NCBI RefSeq assembly: GCF_000143415.4
Contig: NW_003314405.1
Coordinates: 144,282-208,281 of the forward strand
Source of the DNA: Selaginella moellendorffii
Taxonomy: Eukaryota > Plantae > Lycopodiophyta
Length of the DNA stretch: 64,000 nucleotides
Direction: 5' to 3'
Part shown: positions 47,391 to 58,578 of the stretch, one piece after another
Numbering within the stretch: the stretch's first letter is position 1
How the letters are laid out: every line of letters begins with the position of its first letter
Position numbers and translations under genes: made by a program
Notes under the pieces: model-generated
Told to the model about the DNA's origin: nothing
Databases searched by the model: none
Seen by the model: only the letters and a program-made list of their open reading frames with translations

Positions 47391-48642
47391 CACAGCATCA
47401 CAGAAGCATCCATCACCCTTGAAGCGCCATCGCGACTATCTACCCAGAAGCGCTGCTCTAAAAACCCTAAGTTGGAGGCTAAAGAGAGAGGATTTGGCAA
47501 GTATGGTCCTCGGACAGGTAGTACTCTTCAGAGATCTCTGAAATCCGCAAGAAACTTCTCCATGATCGCATCCGCGAGCTGGGTAGTAAAGCTTCGTCTG
47601 CTGCTCAAAGTTCTGCGATAGGTTGGTGACCATCGTTCCAGCACAATGGTTTATCCGCGCTTTCAAGTATATAGGGAGAGCTTGATACAGGAGTTCGCTG
47701 TGGACCCGAAGCGGATGACATCCACTACCGTCAGGTCGCCGTGATGCGCGATATATAAGAGTAATTAAAGGAAGAAAAAAGATGAAAACTGTTGATCAAA
47801 ATGGAGAACTTTGACGAGTGATAATACAGCTTGAGTGGCAAAATTATCAAATGCATAGCACTGGAAGAGAGCATGGACGATCGTTGTGGTGAGAGTGATT
47901 GTGAAGGGCAGTCATTACAAGTGCGAGCACCATGCAAAATGCTGTGGTGGATCTTAGCTTGAAATTCTGGCTAGTTCAAAAGCTTTGAGTGATGAAAAAA
48001 AATAAATGAACACAAGATGATTTCCAAAGGGAGCCTGTGACAAATTTACATGCTTTAGAAGAAGATTTCATAATTCTGTTTCTTCTTCCCATGAGCTTAC
48101 ATTTGAGCAACATTTGGAAAGTATGATACAAAATAAAAATTGAAAAATTATTAGAGCAAAATAATTTCATACCTCTTTGATATCTTTGTGTGTAAAAGAA
48201 TTTTCTCATCTCAAAACTAGGCTCTATCATGGAGATAAAAATCACTTTAAGTTAAGAAATATTTAGTCTACAATGTGTTATTGCTTGGAAATCTCATGTA
48301 TGTATGCTATTGCTTCAAAATAAAGCAAACCAAGTGTTCTTACAAGTGTAGCAAATTATTTATATATATTTTTATTTAATTAGCCTTCTGAATATTTTTT
48401 AGAAATATATTTGTAAAATTTTTTTTTTTAAACTCTTATCTTTGCTAGTTTTGGGTAAAGATATTTTTATTAAACATCTTTTAATTTCCACCTTTATATC
48501 TAGCATATTCCTATAATTTTATAGACTATTTAGAAGAAATTATTGTCAAATTTACAATGAGCACAATATATTGTTATAATTCTTACACAAATCAAAGTAT
48601 ATTCGTGAAAATGTCTTATCAAATATCATTTACAATAACATG

Positions 48643-50001
48643 TTAATTTTCCATAAGTATTTTTCCAAACTCTTCATCTTCAAGGTTAATCTCACCATCA
48701 GCAGTTGAAACATGAACACCTTCTAAATTAGTAAGTCTCACTTTAACCAAACCATTTTCCTCCTCACCAAAATCAACATAAAAACTGGTAGTACTAAGAT
48801 TCCCATGCACAAGCCCTTTAGAATGAAGTGTTTCTAATGCCATTTCAGCTGCACTAACTTCTCCTTGATGATCCCATAAGATTGGCTCCATCCTACCTTT
48901 AAAAACAAGCATAAATATCATACCCACATGATAAAACCCATAATCTATAAGCTCTGGCACACATCCCCCTTGCAAGCCCCGCAGTAACCCATTGAAAGCA
49001 TGGATCTCTCGAGCAAAAAACTCAAGGTAGCAAGGTTTTTGAGACAGATCCAAATACTTGATAGTAACTCCTTGGCCCCTGAACGTTGCTTGAGATGCAG
49101 TGAAATGCTCTCCGACTTGCACACACACACCCAGCTCTTCAAAATCACCATAGGAGAAGATGCTACACCTCCCGGCAATGGAATCCCCCAGAGGCACCCC
49201 AGACAGCAGCAACTCAGGCTTGAATTCCTGGCAGCACGGGCACCCTTGCGGAGGCTCGGAAACTGGCTCCCGATAGACAAGGTAGCTCAGCAAGTACCAC
49301 AAGCACGCATAGAAGCTGGGCATGGCGTCCACGGAACGGACTGGATCCGAGACGAGCATGGCATCGCCCGCCAGCTTACAAAACCAGGTGCTACTGAAGG
49401 TGGTGAGGACGCCATAGCCGGACCCAATGCCATACACGCTAGCGATGAAGAGGTAGGCATACATCTGCCTCAAGGCGTTGACAATCTGTGCGTTCGTGGA
49501 GGCGATGAGCTCCTTGGCGGATGGAGATCCCGGGATGGCCTGCTGCGACTTGGCCTCGACGATCACCTTGCTGCAACGCTGAGCCTTCTCGTCCCCGGAT
49601 CCGGAGAAGACGACGTAGTCGGGCCATCCCATGAGATCGCCCAGGTAGTCGTGCGAAGCCAAGCTGAGGGAGTCGGAGGTGATGCCCAGGCTCTTGATGT
49701 GAGCACCCATTTGCTCCACTGGGATCGTCCAGTACATGTAGATGAGGCTGCGCACGCCTTGCTCGCTAGCGATGGGGCCGGGGAATCGAAGAGGAGGGCG
49801 AAAGGATGGCTCCTCGGTGTCGCGAGTGGAGTGGAGGTGGGCGGCGGCCTGGTGGAGAAACTGCGGCCATGGCTGGTAGCCGCCTGGAGGATCCGGCGCG
49901 ATCAAGGGCCGCTCCGGTGGGGCGCAACGATGGGCGAAGGAGTGATACTCGGCCTCTGGAAGCGTGGAGCGAAGGAGACCCAGGAGACTGACCTCCTCCA
50001 T
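48643..50001 (-). CDS. Divergent PD-(D/E)xK nuclease-fold plus pseudokinase protein (452 aa)
   Basis: GWPDYVVF...VIVEAKS...RQMYAYL...GYGVLTTFSSTWF; VTIK...REIHAF..LRGLQGGCVPEL...LHSKGLVHGNL; intronless. Confidence 0.75.
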   Translation of the reverse strand: MEEVSLLGLLRSTLPEAEYHSFAHRCAPPERPLIAPDPPGGYQPWPQFLHQAAAHLHSTRDTEEPSFRPPLRFPGPIASEQGVRSLIYMYWTIPVEQMGAHIKSLGITSDSLSLASHDYLGDLMGWPDYVVFSGSGDEKAQRCSKVIVEAKSQQAIPGSPSAKELIASTNAQIVNALRQMYAYLFIASVYGIGSGYGVLTTFSSTWFCKLAGDAMLVSDPVRSVDAMPSFYACLWYLLSYLVYREPVSEPPQGCPCCQEFKPELLLSGVPLGDSIAGRCSIFSYGDFEELGVCVQVGEHFTASQATFRGQGVTIKYLDLSQKPCYLEFFAREIHAFNGLLRGLQGGCVPELIDYGFYHVGMIFMLVFKGRMEPILWDHQGEVSAAEMALETLHSKGLVHGNLSTTSFYVDFGEEENGLVKVRLTNLEGVHVSTADGEINLEDEEFGKILMEN

Positions 50002-50679
50002 CTTCGCCCTAGCCTTCGCTTTTTAGGGTTAGGAATTTTAAAGAAGTGCCACCGGAGATGATCATGGTCTTCGTTTGTTCCCAGTCAGATACTTTGCAAA
50101 GCGGGGCAGCATTGGACAAACTTATCTCTCCTTAGCCTCGGAAGCTCTTGACACTCTAGTGGATTCCAGGCCTACGTTGGAATCAATCTTTTTATTTGTG
50201 TCAAATAAGCTGATAGACGATGTGTTATTTCCTCGTGTTTGTGTAAAATTTTCAGTAGCTCTATCATTAGCAAGTAAGAGCTCTTCGTATCTAAGCTAAG
50301 TTCTTGTCTTCAAAGTTGACAGATTTTCTCGCTATGCAGCCTGCTGCTCAGGTGCTTCTTTCCATAGTCATGGCCTCTGTTTATGATTTAAAAGTATTGT
50401 ATCTCTTTTAATTTAAAACAAAACCACTTTAGACTTTTACATCAACGTCTCATGTAATGTTAAGATTCCCCTATACCATATCCATTTCAACTGCATTATT
50501 CCTTGATGATCTCATATAAAAATTGGTTCCATCCTTGTTAAGATTTTATCTTTTACATTTTAAGCCAATTGGTTAAAGAGGTGATTATTTGATTGTAAGG
50601 CTTGGTGTTTAACAATCCTGCCAAGTATAAAGTTTCTGGGGACATTAATAACTCTCCTTCTTCAGAACATTGCTTGAGA

Positions 50680-50779
50680 NNNNNNNNNNNNNNNNNNNNN
50701 NNNNNNNNNNNNNNNNNNNNNNNNNNNNNNNNNNNNNNNNNNNNNNNNNNNNNNNNNNNNNNNNNNNNNNNNNNNNNNN
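50680..50779. other. Assembly gap (100 N)
   Basis: Run of N. Confidence 1.
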
Positions 50780-50910
50780 GCCCCTAGCAACCCTGTGTTG
50801 CTGCTGCTGCCTGCTGAAGGCTCTGTGCTCTACGAGCTTCGATTATGATTGGAAGTATCCCTGTTCAAGCCTACTGGACTCATCAACCTGACCGGTATTG
50901 CATTGCTAAT

Positions 50911-50969
50911 CCTCCATGGAGGTTCCCCTCAGTTTACAAGACTGACGCTTTACCACTGAGCTATAGAGC
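50911..50969 (-). pseudogene. tRNA-Thr(TGT) pseudogene lacking the T-loop
   Basis: TAGCTCAGTGGTAAAGCG D-arm and TCAGT-CTTGTAA-ACTGA anticodon arm are present; no GTTCG. Confidence 0.65.
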
Positions 50970-51043
50970 TTAACAAGCGTTATTGAAACCCAGTGAGATT
51001 TTGAAAAGATGGAGAAACCAACTGAGCTGCAAAGAGGACATCC

Positions 51044-51952
51044 TCATATCTCGTCTTGAGACAATGGAAGCACAGCAGCTATGGCAGATTTCTTGTTCCG
51101 GGGGTCTCCAATGCCATGGACGTATGCTTTGCAGTTGAAGATGAGGTGGCCGTTGTTCTTCAAAGTAATGCCACAGTAGCCGTTCCCTTGGATGCTCCAC
51201 ACCTTCTCCATGAGGTAGTTTTGGATGACAACCGAGTGCCCAAAACAATCATATATCGGCGGGTCACCAGAATTGATCGGTCCCGGCGAAAACACCTGGC
51301 ACAGCGGCATGCCACTCCTCACAGTCTGGCTTGCCCACAGTGCAGATCCAGTCTGCTGATGATACAAAACCAGATTGCAATCGGTCTGGATCACTAGCCG
51401 ATATGCTCCGTTCCTGGATGTGATATAGTCGCCGGTGAACATGACTATCTTTCCTTTGCGGCACTCTGGCCCTCCGATTGTGTCATATCCGAGCACCTCC
51501 CCGCCAGGATTGGTGATTGTCTTGTTGCTCAGGATCTTGACACAGGGGAAGAGCAGGGCGCCCCTGTCATCCACCTTGAGGTAGCAATCCCCGTTGCTGT
51601 TTTCACTGTACCTCCAGATGCTATTCTGCTGATAGTCTGTGATCTGCAGAGCGTTCCCGTATGCTGCAGTGTCGCCACCAATGAGTTTCATGACGCAGAG
51701 CTTTCCGGCGTTCTGCGTGTTGCTTGCCCAGATCACCTTGCGCTGCGGGCCGTAGAAGACGAGATTGCAATCGGTCTGCATTACCAGCTGGTAACGCCTA
51801 TTTGGTGATCGCATCTCGTCGCCTGTGTAGAGCGTCTTCAGTGCTTTGCCGCCGAGCGTGTCGCCAATTGAATCTGCGGCTACAACGCCCACAAAGGTCC
51901 CCAGCAGGGGAAGCATCAGAAAGAACAGATTGAAATTCAAATTCAACTTCAT
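51044..51952 (-). CDS. Secreted bulb-type (GNA-like) mannose-binding lectin with two B-lectin domains, 302 aa
   Basis: Hydrophobic N-terminus; LVMQTDCNLVFY...IWASNT and LVIQTDCNLVLY...LWASQT (QxDxNxVxY motifs); intronless. Confidence 0.88.
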   Translation of the reverse strand: MKLNLNFNLFFLMLPLLGTFVGVVAADSIGDTLGGKALKTLYTGDEMRSPNRRYQLVMQTDCNLVFYGPQRKVIWASNTQNAGKLCVMKLIGGDTAAYGNALQITDYQQNSIWRYSENSNGDCYLKVDDRGALLFPCVKILSNKTITNPGGEVLGYDTIGGPECRKGKIVMFTGDYITSRNGAYRLVIQTDCNLVLYHQQTGSALWASQTVRSGMPLCQVFSPGPINSGDPPIYDCFGHSVVIQNYLMEKVWSIQGNGYCGITLKNNGHLIFNCKAYVHGIGDPRNKKSAIAAVLPLSQDEI

Positions 51953-52280
51953 TCTGCTACCAGCTCAAAGAAGATGGATCGAGTGCTGCTGCTGGAGCTG
52001 CAATTTAACGGCAATGCAATCTTTTCGTTGGGTCGTATGCCTCAATCGGATGTGTCATTCTACCTTGCATCATAAATCTGTTTTGGCTCATATTGAGATT
52101 CTCGACAAAATCCCCTTACAACAAAAAGAAGAGTTGGTAGCGTGTAGCTGTTCAGACTTTTTTGCATTCGCAAAAGAATTATTTTGAGCTGGCCCCCAAG
52201 TTTTCCAAACTTTCAAACAATTTGACATCAGCCAGAGGAAGGTCAGCAACTGTAGCAGAAAGAATCTCTTTCATGATGCT

Positions 52281-52692
52281 CAGGATTATTTAAACTACAA
52301 TGCATATAGTTTTACTGTATACAATTGGAAATGTTATGTAATAGTCTTTAAAGTAGTTTTATGTATTATTTCATTGCATGAAGTTTCAGTGTATAAAATC
52401 TGAAATGGTTATGTAATAGTATTTTCATATATTTTTGTGTATTGTTTCATTATGTATCTCTTTTATGATGAAGAATCTCTTTTATGATGAGTACTTGAAA
52501 ATTAATAGGATTATTTAAACTACAATGCATGTAGTTTTACTGTATACAATTGGAAATGATTATGTAATAGTCTTTTAAATATTTCTTGATTTAGTTTTAT
52601 GTATTAATTCATTGTGTGAAGTTTCAGTGTATAACATTTGAAATGGTTATGTAATAGTATTCTGATATATTTTTGTCTATTGTTTCATTATG
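52281..52692. repeat. Tandem duplication of a ~225-bp AT-rich unit
   Basis: 52281-52455 recurs at ~52507-52692. Confidence 0.75.
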
Positions 52693-53180
52693 TAATATGA
52701 TAATACTTTATATTATAGTTTCCCTTACATTTTTTTAATATTAAAATTTATTTGAAGACAGAAAATACTATATATGATTTCTAATATAATTTTATAATAT
52801 AGTTAATTATAATATATTGTTTCTATATTTTTTGTTTTCAAAACTACTATTATCAAAAAAATTAATTATTAAATGCATTTTATATCTCATAAGAACTATC
52901 ACCCTTCTCAATGGTAAATATAATTTTATATTAGATATTTATCAACTATACTTTTAAAAATACCACCAAATGCAACATTTTTAAGCATGTTCAATAATAT
53001 ATTTTAAATTTATTTTTTTTTGGATTATATTCCCATTAGTTAATAGAATTTATCATTAATTTTACAAAATCTTTAATATTTTAAAGACTATGGTATTTTT
53101 TAATTAAAATTTTTTTAATACTTTTCAAACTATATGTATCCAACTTTTTAATATTTCACTTTTTATATAAAACCTAAATA

Positions 53181-53258
<78 letters not shown>
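53181..53258. repeat. (TA)n microsatellite
   Basis: Nearly pure TA run. Confidence 0.95.
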
Positions 53259-53261
<3 letters not shown>

Positions 53262-55804
53262 TATACCTCATATGAAAACTAAGATACTCACCTCATTTTT
53301 TGTAATTTATTTAATGAAGGCCTTAGAATTGCTATCCCTTATTTCCTATTATGTTGTCATATAAAAATATTTAAAATGTAATAGAAGTAATATAAAATTA
53401 TATTATTTACTTTAATATTTATAATTAAGGTTGAAATAGATTAGTTTTTAAAGACCCTATTAAATTAGAGTTTTGATGACTTTGTAATTAAAACATTTAA
53501 CAAAATTTCTATTGTTTAGTATTTTAGTAAGTTTGTCATTTTCCCTTTTCTCAATGACAAAGATTAGGCTAAAAACTAACCTTAGTATTTATATAGCTTT
53601 TTAGAGCAATATACATATAAACATACATAAAATTTATATATTAAAACATATTAAAAACCATATATATATTTACCTTGGAATCAATTGTATTAACAGTTCA
53701 TTTTTCCAATATGACAATAAGATATTTTTCCAATATTTTTCCAATATTTTGTAACAACTTATATACAAATTATATATATTGAAAATCTGTTATAAACTAT
53801 TTAAAATTTACTCTTGATTTTGCTATAGGAATAATTTATTTCTTTGGTGGGATAATGATTTTATCAATATTTGATTTCATATAGTTTACAAAACAAAGTC
53901 ACTTTCTTTTTTAATCATTTTCATTAATATATATATATAAATATGAAAGTTAGAATTTAAAGACAATATCTTGTTCTTCTTTTATCATTTTTGCTAATTA
54001 CATTTGTTAATAAAACTTTTCAACATGTCATTGTACCTCCTTTTATGGTATAGTAATTTAATTAGTAGCTTTAGTAGTATCTTGCAAAATCACACAATTT
54101 ACATATATATTTTGTTTATGTAAAATTAACTTCAAGAGTTTCTTTAGCTCATATCAAATTTCGATACATAAAAATTATATAAGCAATCTATTAATAATAA
54201 AGTTTTCAAAAATTTAAACAACCAAAGGAACAACTTTAGAGATGATCTATTAAAGTTAATATATAAAAGTAAAAATGCACCCATTTTTTTAATTGATTAA
54301 ATTTTTAAAGATATTTAAGTTAAGGTATTTTTGAGTTTCAATAGTACTTTCTAAATTTTTCATATCACTACTCATTTTTAGTCCATGAATTTTATGTTTT
54401 TTTTTGGGTTTTATAGAGCTAAATTTTTTATGGTATTTTCCTTCAACTAGCACAATATTTAATTTGTATTAAAGTAGTGAATAACTGCTCACTTGACTTA
54501 GCATTTTCCGATGTTGTCGAAAAATGTATTTCCGAGTAACGAGTATTTGGACTCGTTAAAATATTTTTTTCAATGTTATTTTCATTTTTAAAATCTTGAT
54601 AATTCTTCTTCTTTAGTTTTAATTAATAAATTAAATATTAAATTGGAAGTGGTGTGATGTTAATTGGATATTCTTCCCTTATCCAAGTGTTTTTTTTTAA
54701 CTTTTCTAATTTAAATATTTCTATGAGTTTTGAGATGATGCAATTTAAGATTTTTTTTTCATTTTTGCAATTGTTATTTGTTTAGTACTAACTCCATTTA
54801 TTAGGATTAAATCCACTCCTTCCTCCAAGTATATTGATTTGTTAAATATTTTACATTCTATTATTGCGTCAATTTTATAATTGTTTGACAAATCTTGTGA
54901 TAGAGAAATTACCATCATTTGGTCCCATATATAATCTTTGACTAACAAAAAAACATTATGTAAACATATAAAGGGGAATCTTTCTAAATGCCTATTAATA
55001 ATAATTAATGTATCTACTTTCTTTATGTTCAAAAACTATTGGTCTTTTTATTCGGTGGTTGACTATTGTGACTTGAATAAAATTATAGATACTCAATTCT
55101 ACTAATCACTAAAATGTTGAAGCGTCTTTTTAAAGTTTGATTTTTCATTAGAATTAATTTACGGACACTTATAAATTTATTTATATTTTGAAGGGTGATG
55201 GAGTGGATAATAATTTTTTGCACTCATGGCCATTTTAAGTATATAATTATAAATTTTAGTTTTATTAATACCCTTATTTGTTTTAATATATGGCAAATAA
55301 TATCTTTTATGATTTTCTTGATTTTTTTGTTCTCCTTGTTTTCTAATGCCAATTTTATAGTACAGTTTTGTTATAAAGGTAAAGAAATTTTTTTTTAGTC
55401 AAGATTTGGTGTAATTTTGAGGTTATATTATTTTTTTATATGGCATAATCATGGATTATACTAAAATTCTCACTATTCTTAATTGGTAATACCCAACTTT
55501 TGTTTATGAAATGTTTCCTTTGCTTTACTAATTTTTATTGATATTTTATTTAAGTTTTTCTAAAATCACTATCACCATAAAAGATACATTTTTTGTGTTA
55601 TCTTTTACTACCTGGATTTCTTTTAAACTCTTAAAAATTTTTTATCCATTCAAACAACATAAAAGCATATTTCATAAAGGAAGATGTTTTAGATTTTACT
55701 TTAGATATTATTTTATCTTATGAGGGATGAAATAATGACTTTTACTCACTTGTTTTGCATGCTTGGAAATACAAAACTATAAAGATTAATTATAACTTCT
55801 TTAA

Positions 55805-56340
55805 TATAAACAACAAAAGAGAATAACTCAAATATATAGAGGGGAAAGGCATATGAAAAAAAATGCACCCCTTTTCATATTAGTTAATGGTTTTGAAGTA
55901 CTTAGGGTTAAATGTTATTAAATTTGAATAGTATTAGGTTAAAAGTATTTAAATATTTTGGAATAGCTATTTTTTAGTTTAAATAATACTGAGTTGGGTT
56001 ACCTTATGTGAAGTTTAAATTTAGAAGCTTATATTTAATATCAAAGGGATATCAAATGCAACTTTATTGGTTAACTTAGAGAATCACACCAGATGTTGAT
56101 ATCGATATTGAGATGTTTAGTTGGTTTAATTGGGCTAAAGTGTCAAAAAAACAAAACTTTCAAGAGAGTTATGATCCTTAACTTCCATTCATAATGGCAT
56201 AAATTTTCAAGAAAGTGTGGTAAATTATAATAAAATAAAAATAATTACTCAAAAATGATCCATTAAGATTTGAATATAGAGGGAAAGGGCATATAAATAA
56301 AAGTTTACCCCTTTTTCCAATCAGTTAAAAGTTTTAGAAT
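55805..56340 (+). mobile_element. Degenerate Cassandra-like TRIM (LTR, degenerate PBS, ~190 bp internal region, partial second LTR)
   Basis: AATAATACTGAGTTGGGTTACC...AAATTTAGAAGCTTATA matches the end of 16688-16882; a second LTR starts at ~56226. Confidence 0.55.
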
Positions 56341-57007
56341 TGATCATCCAAAATAAATAATTTATCTTTAACAAAGAGTTATTTGTAATTGTGGACCTTT
56401 TTGAACAAATATATGTAAGTAAAGTTTTTTATATAATTAACATATAAATTATAAATGCCATAGAAAAGTTCTATAGAGTAGATTTGTTAATGGTTTTTGT
56501 TGTACTACTCATTTTTTCATTTCTATTACCCTAGAGTGTTGCTTTTGAAATAATAAGAGTATTTTTATCAATGGTGACAGTAGTTTTTATATTTTGGATT
56601 TGGTAATAAAAATGAAGAGTGTAATATGGAGGATGTGGTAATGAAAAAAAAATAACATTTTTATATTCCTTTGTACTACAACACGTACTCATAAATATTT
56701 TATTTTCCTTATTTCCCATCTTCTCAAGAACCCAAAAAAATAAAAAGGTTTTGACTAAAAGAATAATATGTAAATATATATTGCTTTTAGTAGCATACAC
56801 TAATATTTCTAGCCATTAAAATGTTTCATGATTCATATTTTGGTCTTTTTTCAATGAATTGCAAGAAAATTAAAATGTGATCATTGTAAAAGTGGTTCAT
56901 AGTAGAAAAGATAAGTTCTCATGAACTTAATCTTTTTTAAATGATTTAATCTAATATAACTTTTGACTCAGGTACTTACATATTTCAATATTTTAAAGTT
57001 TGTTAGA

Positions 57008-57150
57008 ACTTTCATTTTTCCAACTTAGATTTCCTTGATCAAAACCTTCATTTTTTCAACATAAATTTCCTTTGTCAAAACCTTTATTTTTTCAATTTAG
57101 ATTTCCTTTGTCAAACCTTCAATTTTTTCAACTGAAATTTCATTTGTAAA
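57008..57150. repeat. ~32-bp tandem repeat, about 4 units
   Basis: Unit TTCATTTTTTCAACTTAGATTTCCTTTGTCAAAACC-like; single unit at the paralogous site ~42335. Confidence 0.7.
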
Positions 57151-57523
57151 ACGTTTGATTGATTGCATTGACTTAAAGTTGGCTTATGCTAATTTAAAGT
57201 CAACTCGTGAGTTCAACTCAACTTTGCCTAAATGCCCTTCTTAGTAAATACAAGCTCTGGGCATAGATGCATTTTACAAGACTAAGGAGTTCAAGAATGC
57301 TGTTTGAATCTTTGTAATGAATTGATAAATATTGCCAATATTTTCTATAATCAATACATGAGGATTAAGTGAAGATGACATTTCCAGGAGCAAGCATGGT
57401 GGTGCAAGTGCTCCTCCATCACTTCGTGCCTTAGATACTATTGAGATTTGCTGCAGGATAATGAACCAGAAAGGAGTAAATTCTTTTTGTTATTAAAATA
57501 TTTAGTCCAACAGTACAGATTTC

Positions 57524-58054
57524 TTAGTGATGTTTGGAAGATGGTGCTGGTGATGGAGCTGAAGCAGGGCAAGCCTTACACAGTTTACTTGAGAAGATGG
57601 TGCCACTGCCACAAAAACTCTTACAGAAGTAGCTTTTGCTTTCTTTCTCAGCAGAAATTGACCTGCATATTTTGTACAGAATATATGTTATTAGTCTTGC
57701 AAAAGAAACTCCTTACTGTGGATCTTTTTCAAGTGGTGAGGTCACATAGGTATCCATGGCAACACCACTTGTCACATAAGGCACAGACTCATCTTCATCC
57801 AAAGTTTTGCTTGGAGTTGAATCACTTTTGATTGCATTACAGAATGCACAATACACTTCGTTGTTTGTTTGTTGGCAACGATCACAAAAGAGTTTAGAGG
57901 CGTCTCTAAGATCTGATAAATCTGAGCAAAGCAAGTTAGCCATTAATGATAATAAAATCTATTTATATGTACCTTCTGTCCGAGCATAAGATACTAATCC
58001 AGCAGACAAGACCACAAGAGAAATGCATAGCATTGTGACACTTGAGTTAGCCAT
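57524..58054 (-). CDS. Small secreted Cys-rich protein, paralog (three exons)
   Basis: Same exon structure as 42721-43251, a 9-bp in-frame indel, and all Cys conserved. Confidence 0.65.
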
Positions 58055-58578
58055 CACAAAACACTTCAGAGAAAGCTACTTTCATTATTTCTTTTCCTTC
58101 TAATTTATAGAATTCAGAAATATTTAGCAGTGGAAAGCACAATGTACCTACAAACAAATTTTTTTTGTCACTTATGTTCAAAACAGCTGGTAACAGCTTG
58201 TAACTCAATCCATATTGCATTGGTTTATCACAAGACTTGTGTAAGACTTGTGTGGAGAAACCGAAGCTGCTGCTAAGCACATAGATATCGTACTCCCTGG
58301 AGCTAGAGCAAGTGCACAAACAGCAAACAGCGGTGTTGAGAGGAAGAGGAAACTCTTGAATTCCAAACAGGACAAGAACACAGCATCATCTTACGAGATA
58401 CGAAGAGCTCTCAACTCACAAGGAGACCTGTGAGCAAAGTTGAAAACTTGAATTATAGAGCTCACAATTCACTTACAAGTCAGATGTGAGCCTGTCTTGC
58501 GTTGCTAGTGCTTGTAAAGAGCACCTGTAAAACTAAAAAACTGAGCTAGCTCCAAACAATAGATGGAAATACCTGTGA

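Noticed and set aside
49000-50061. 353-aa plus-strand ORF
   Set aside because: Antisense shadow of the GC-rich 48643-50001 gene, with no recognisable motifs.
52700-55780. Short ORFs in a very AT-rich tract
   Set aside because: Low-complexity I/F/K/N-rich translations typical of decayed AT-rich DNA.
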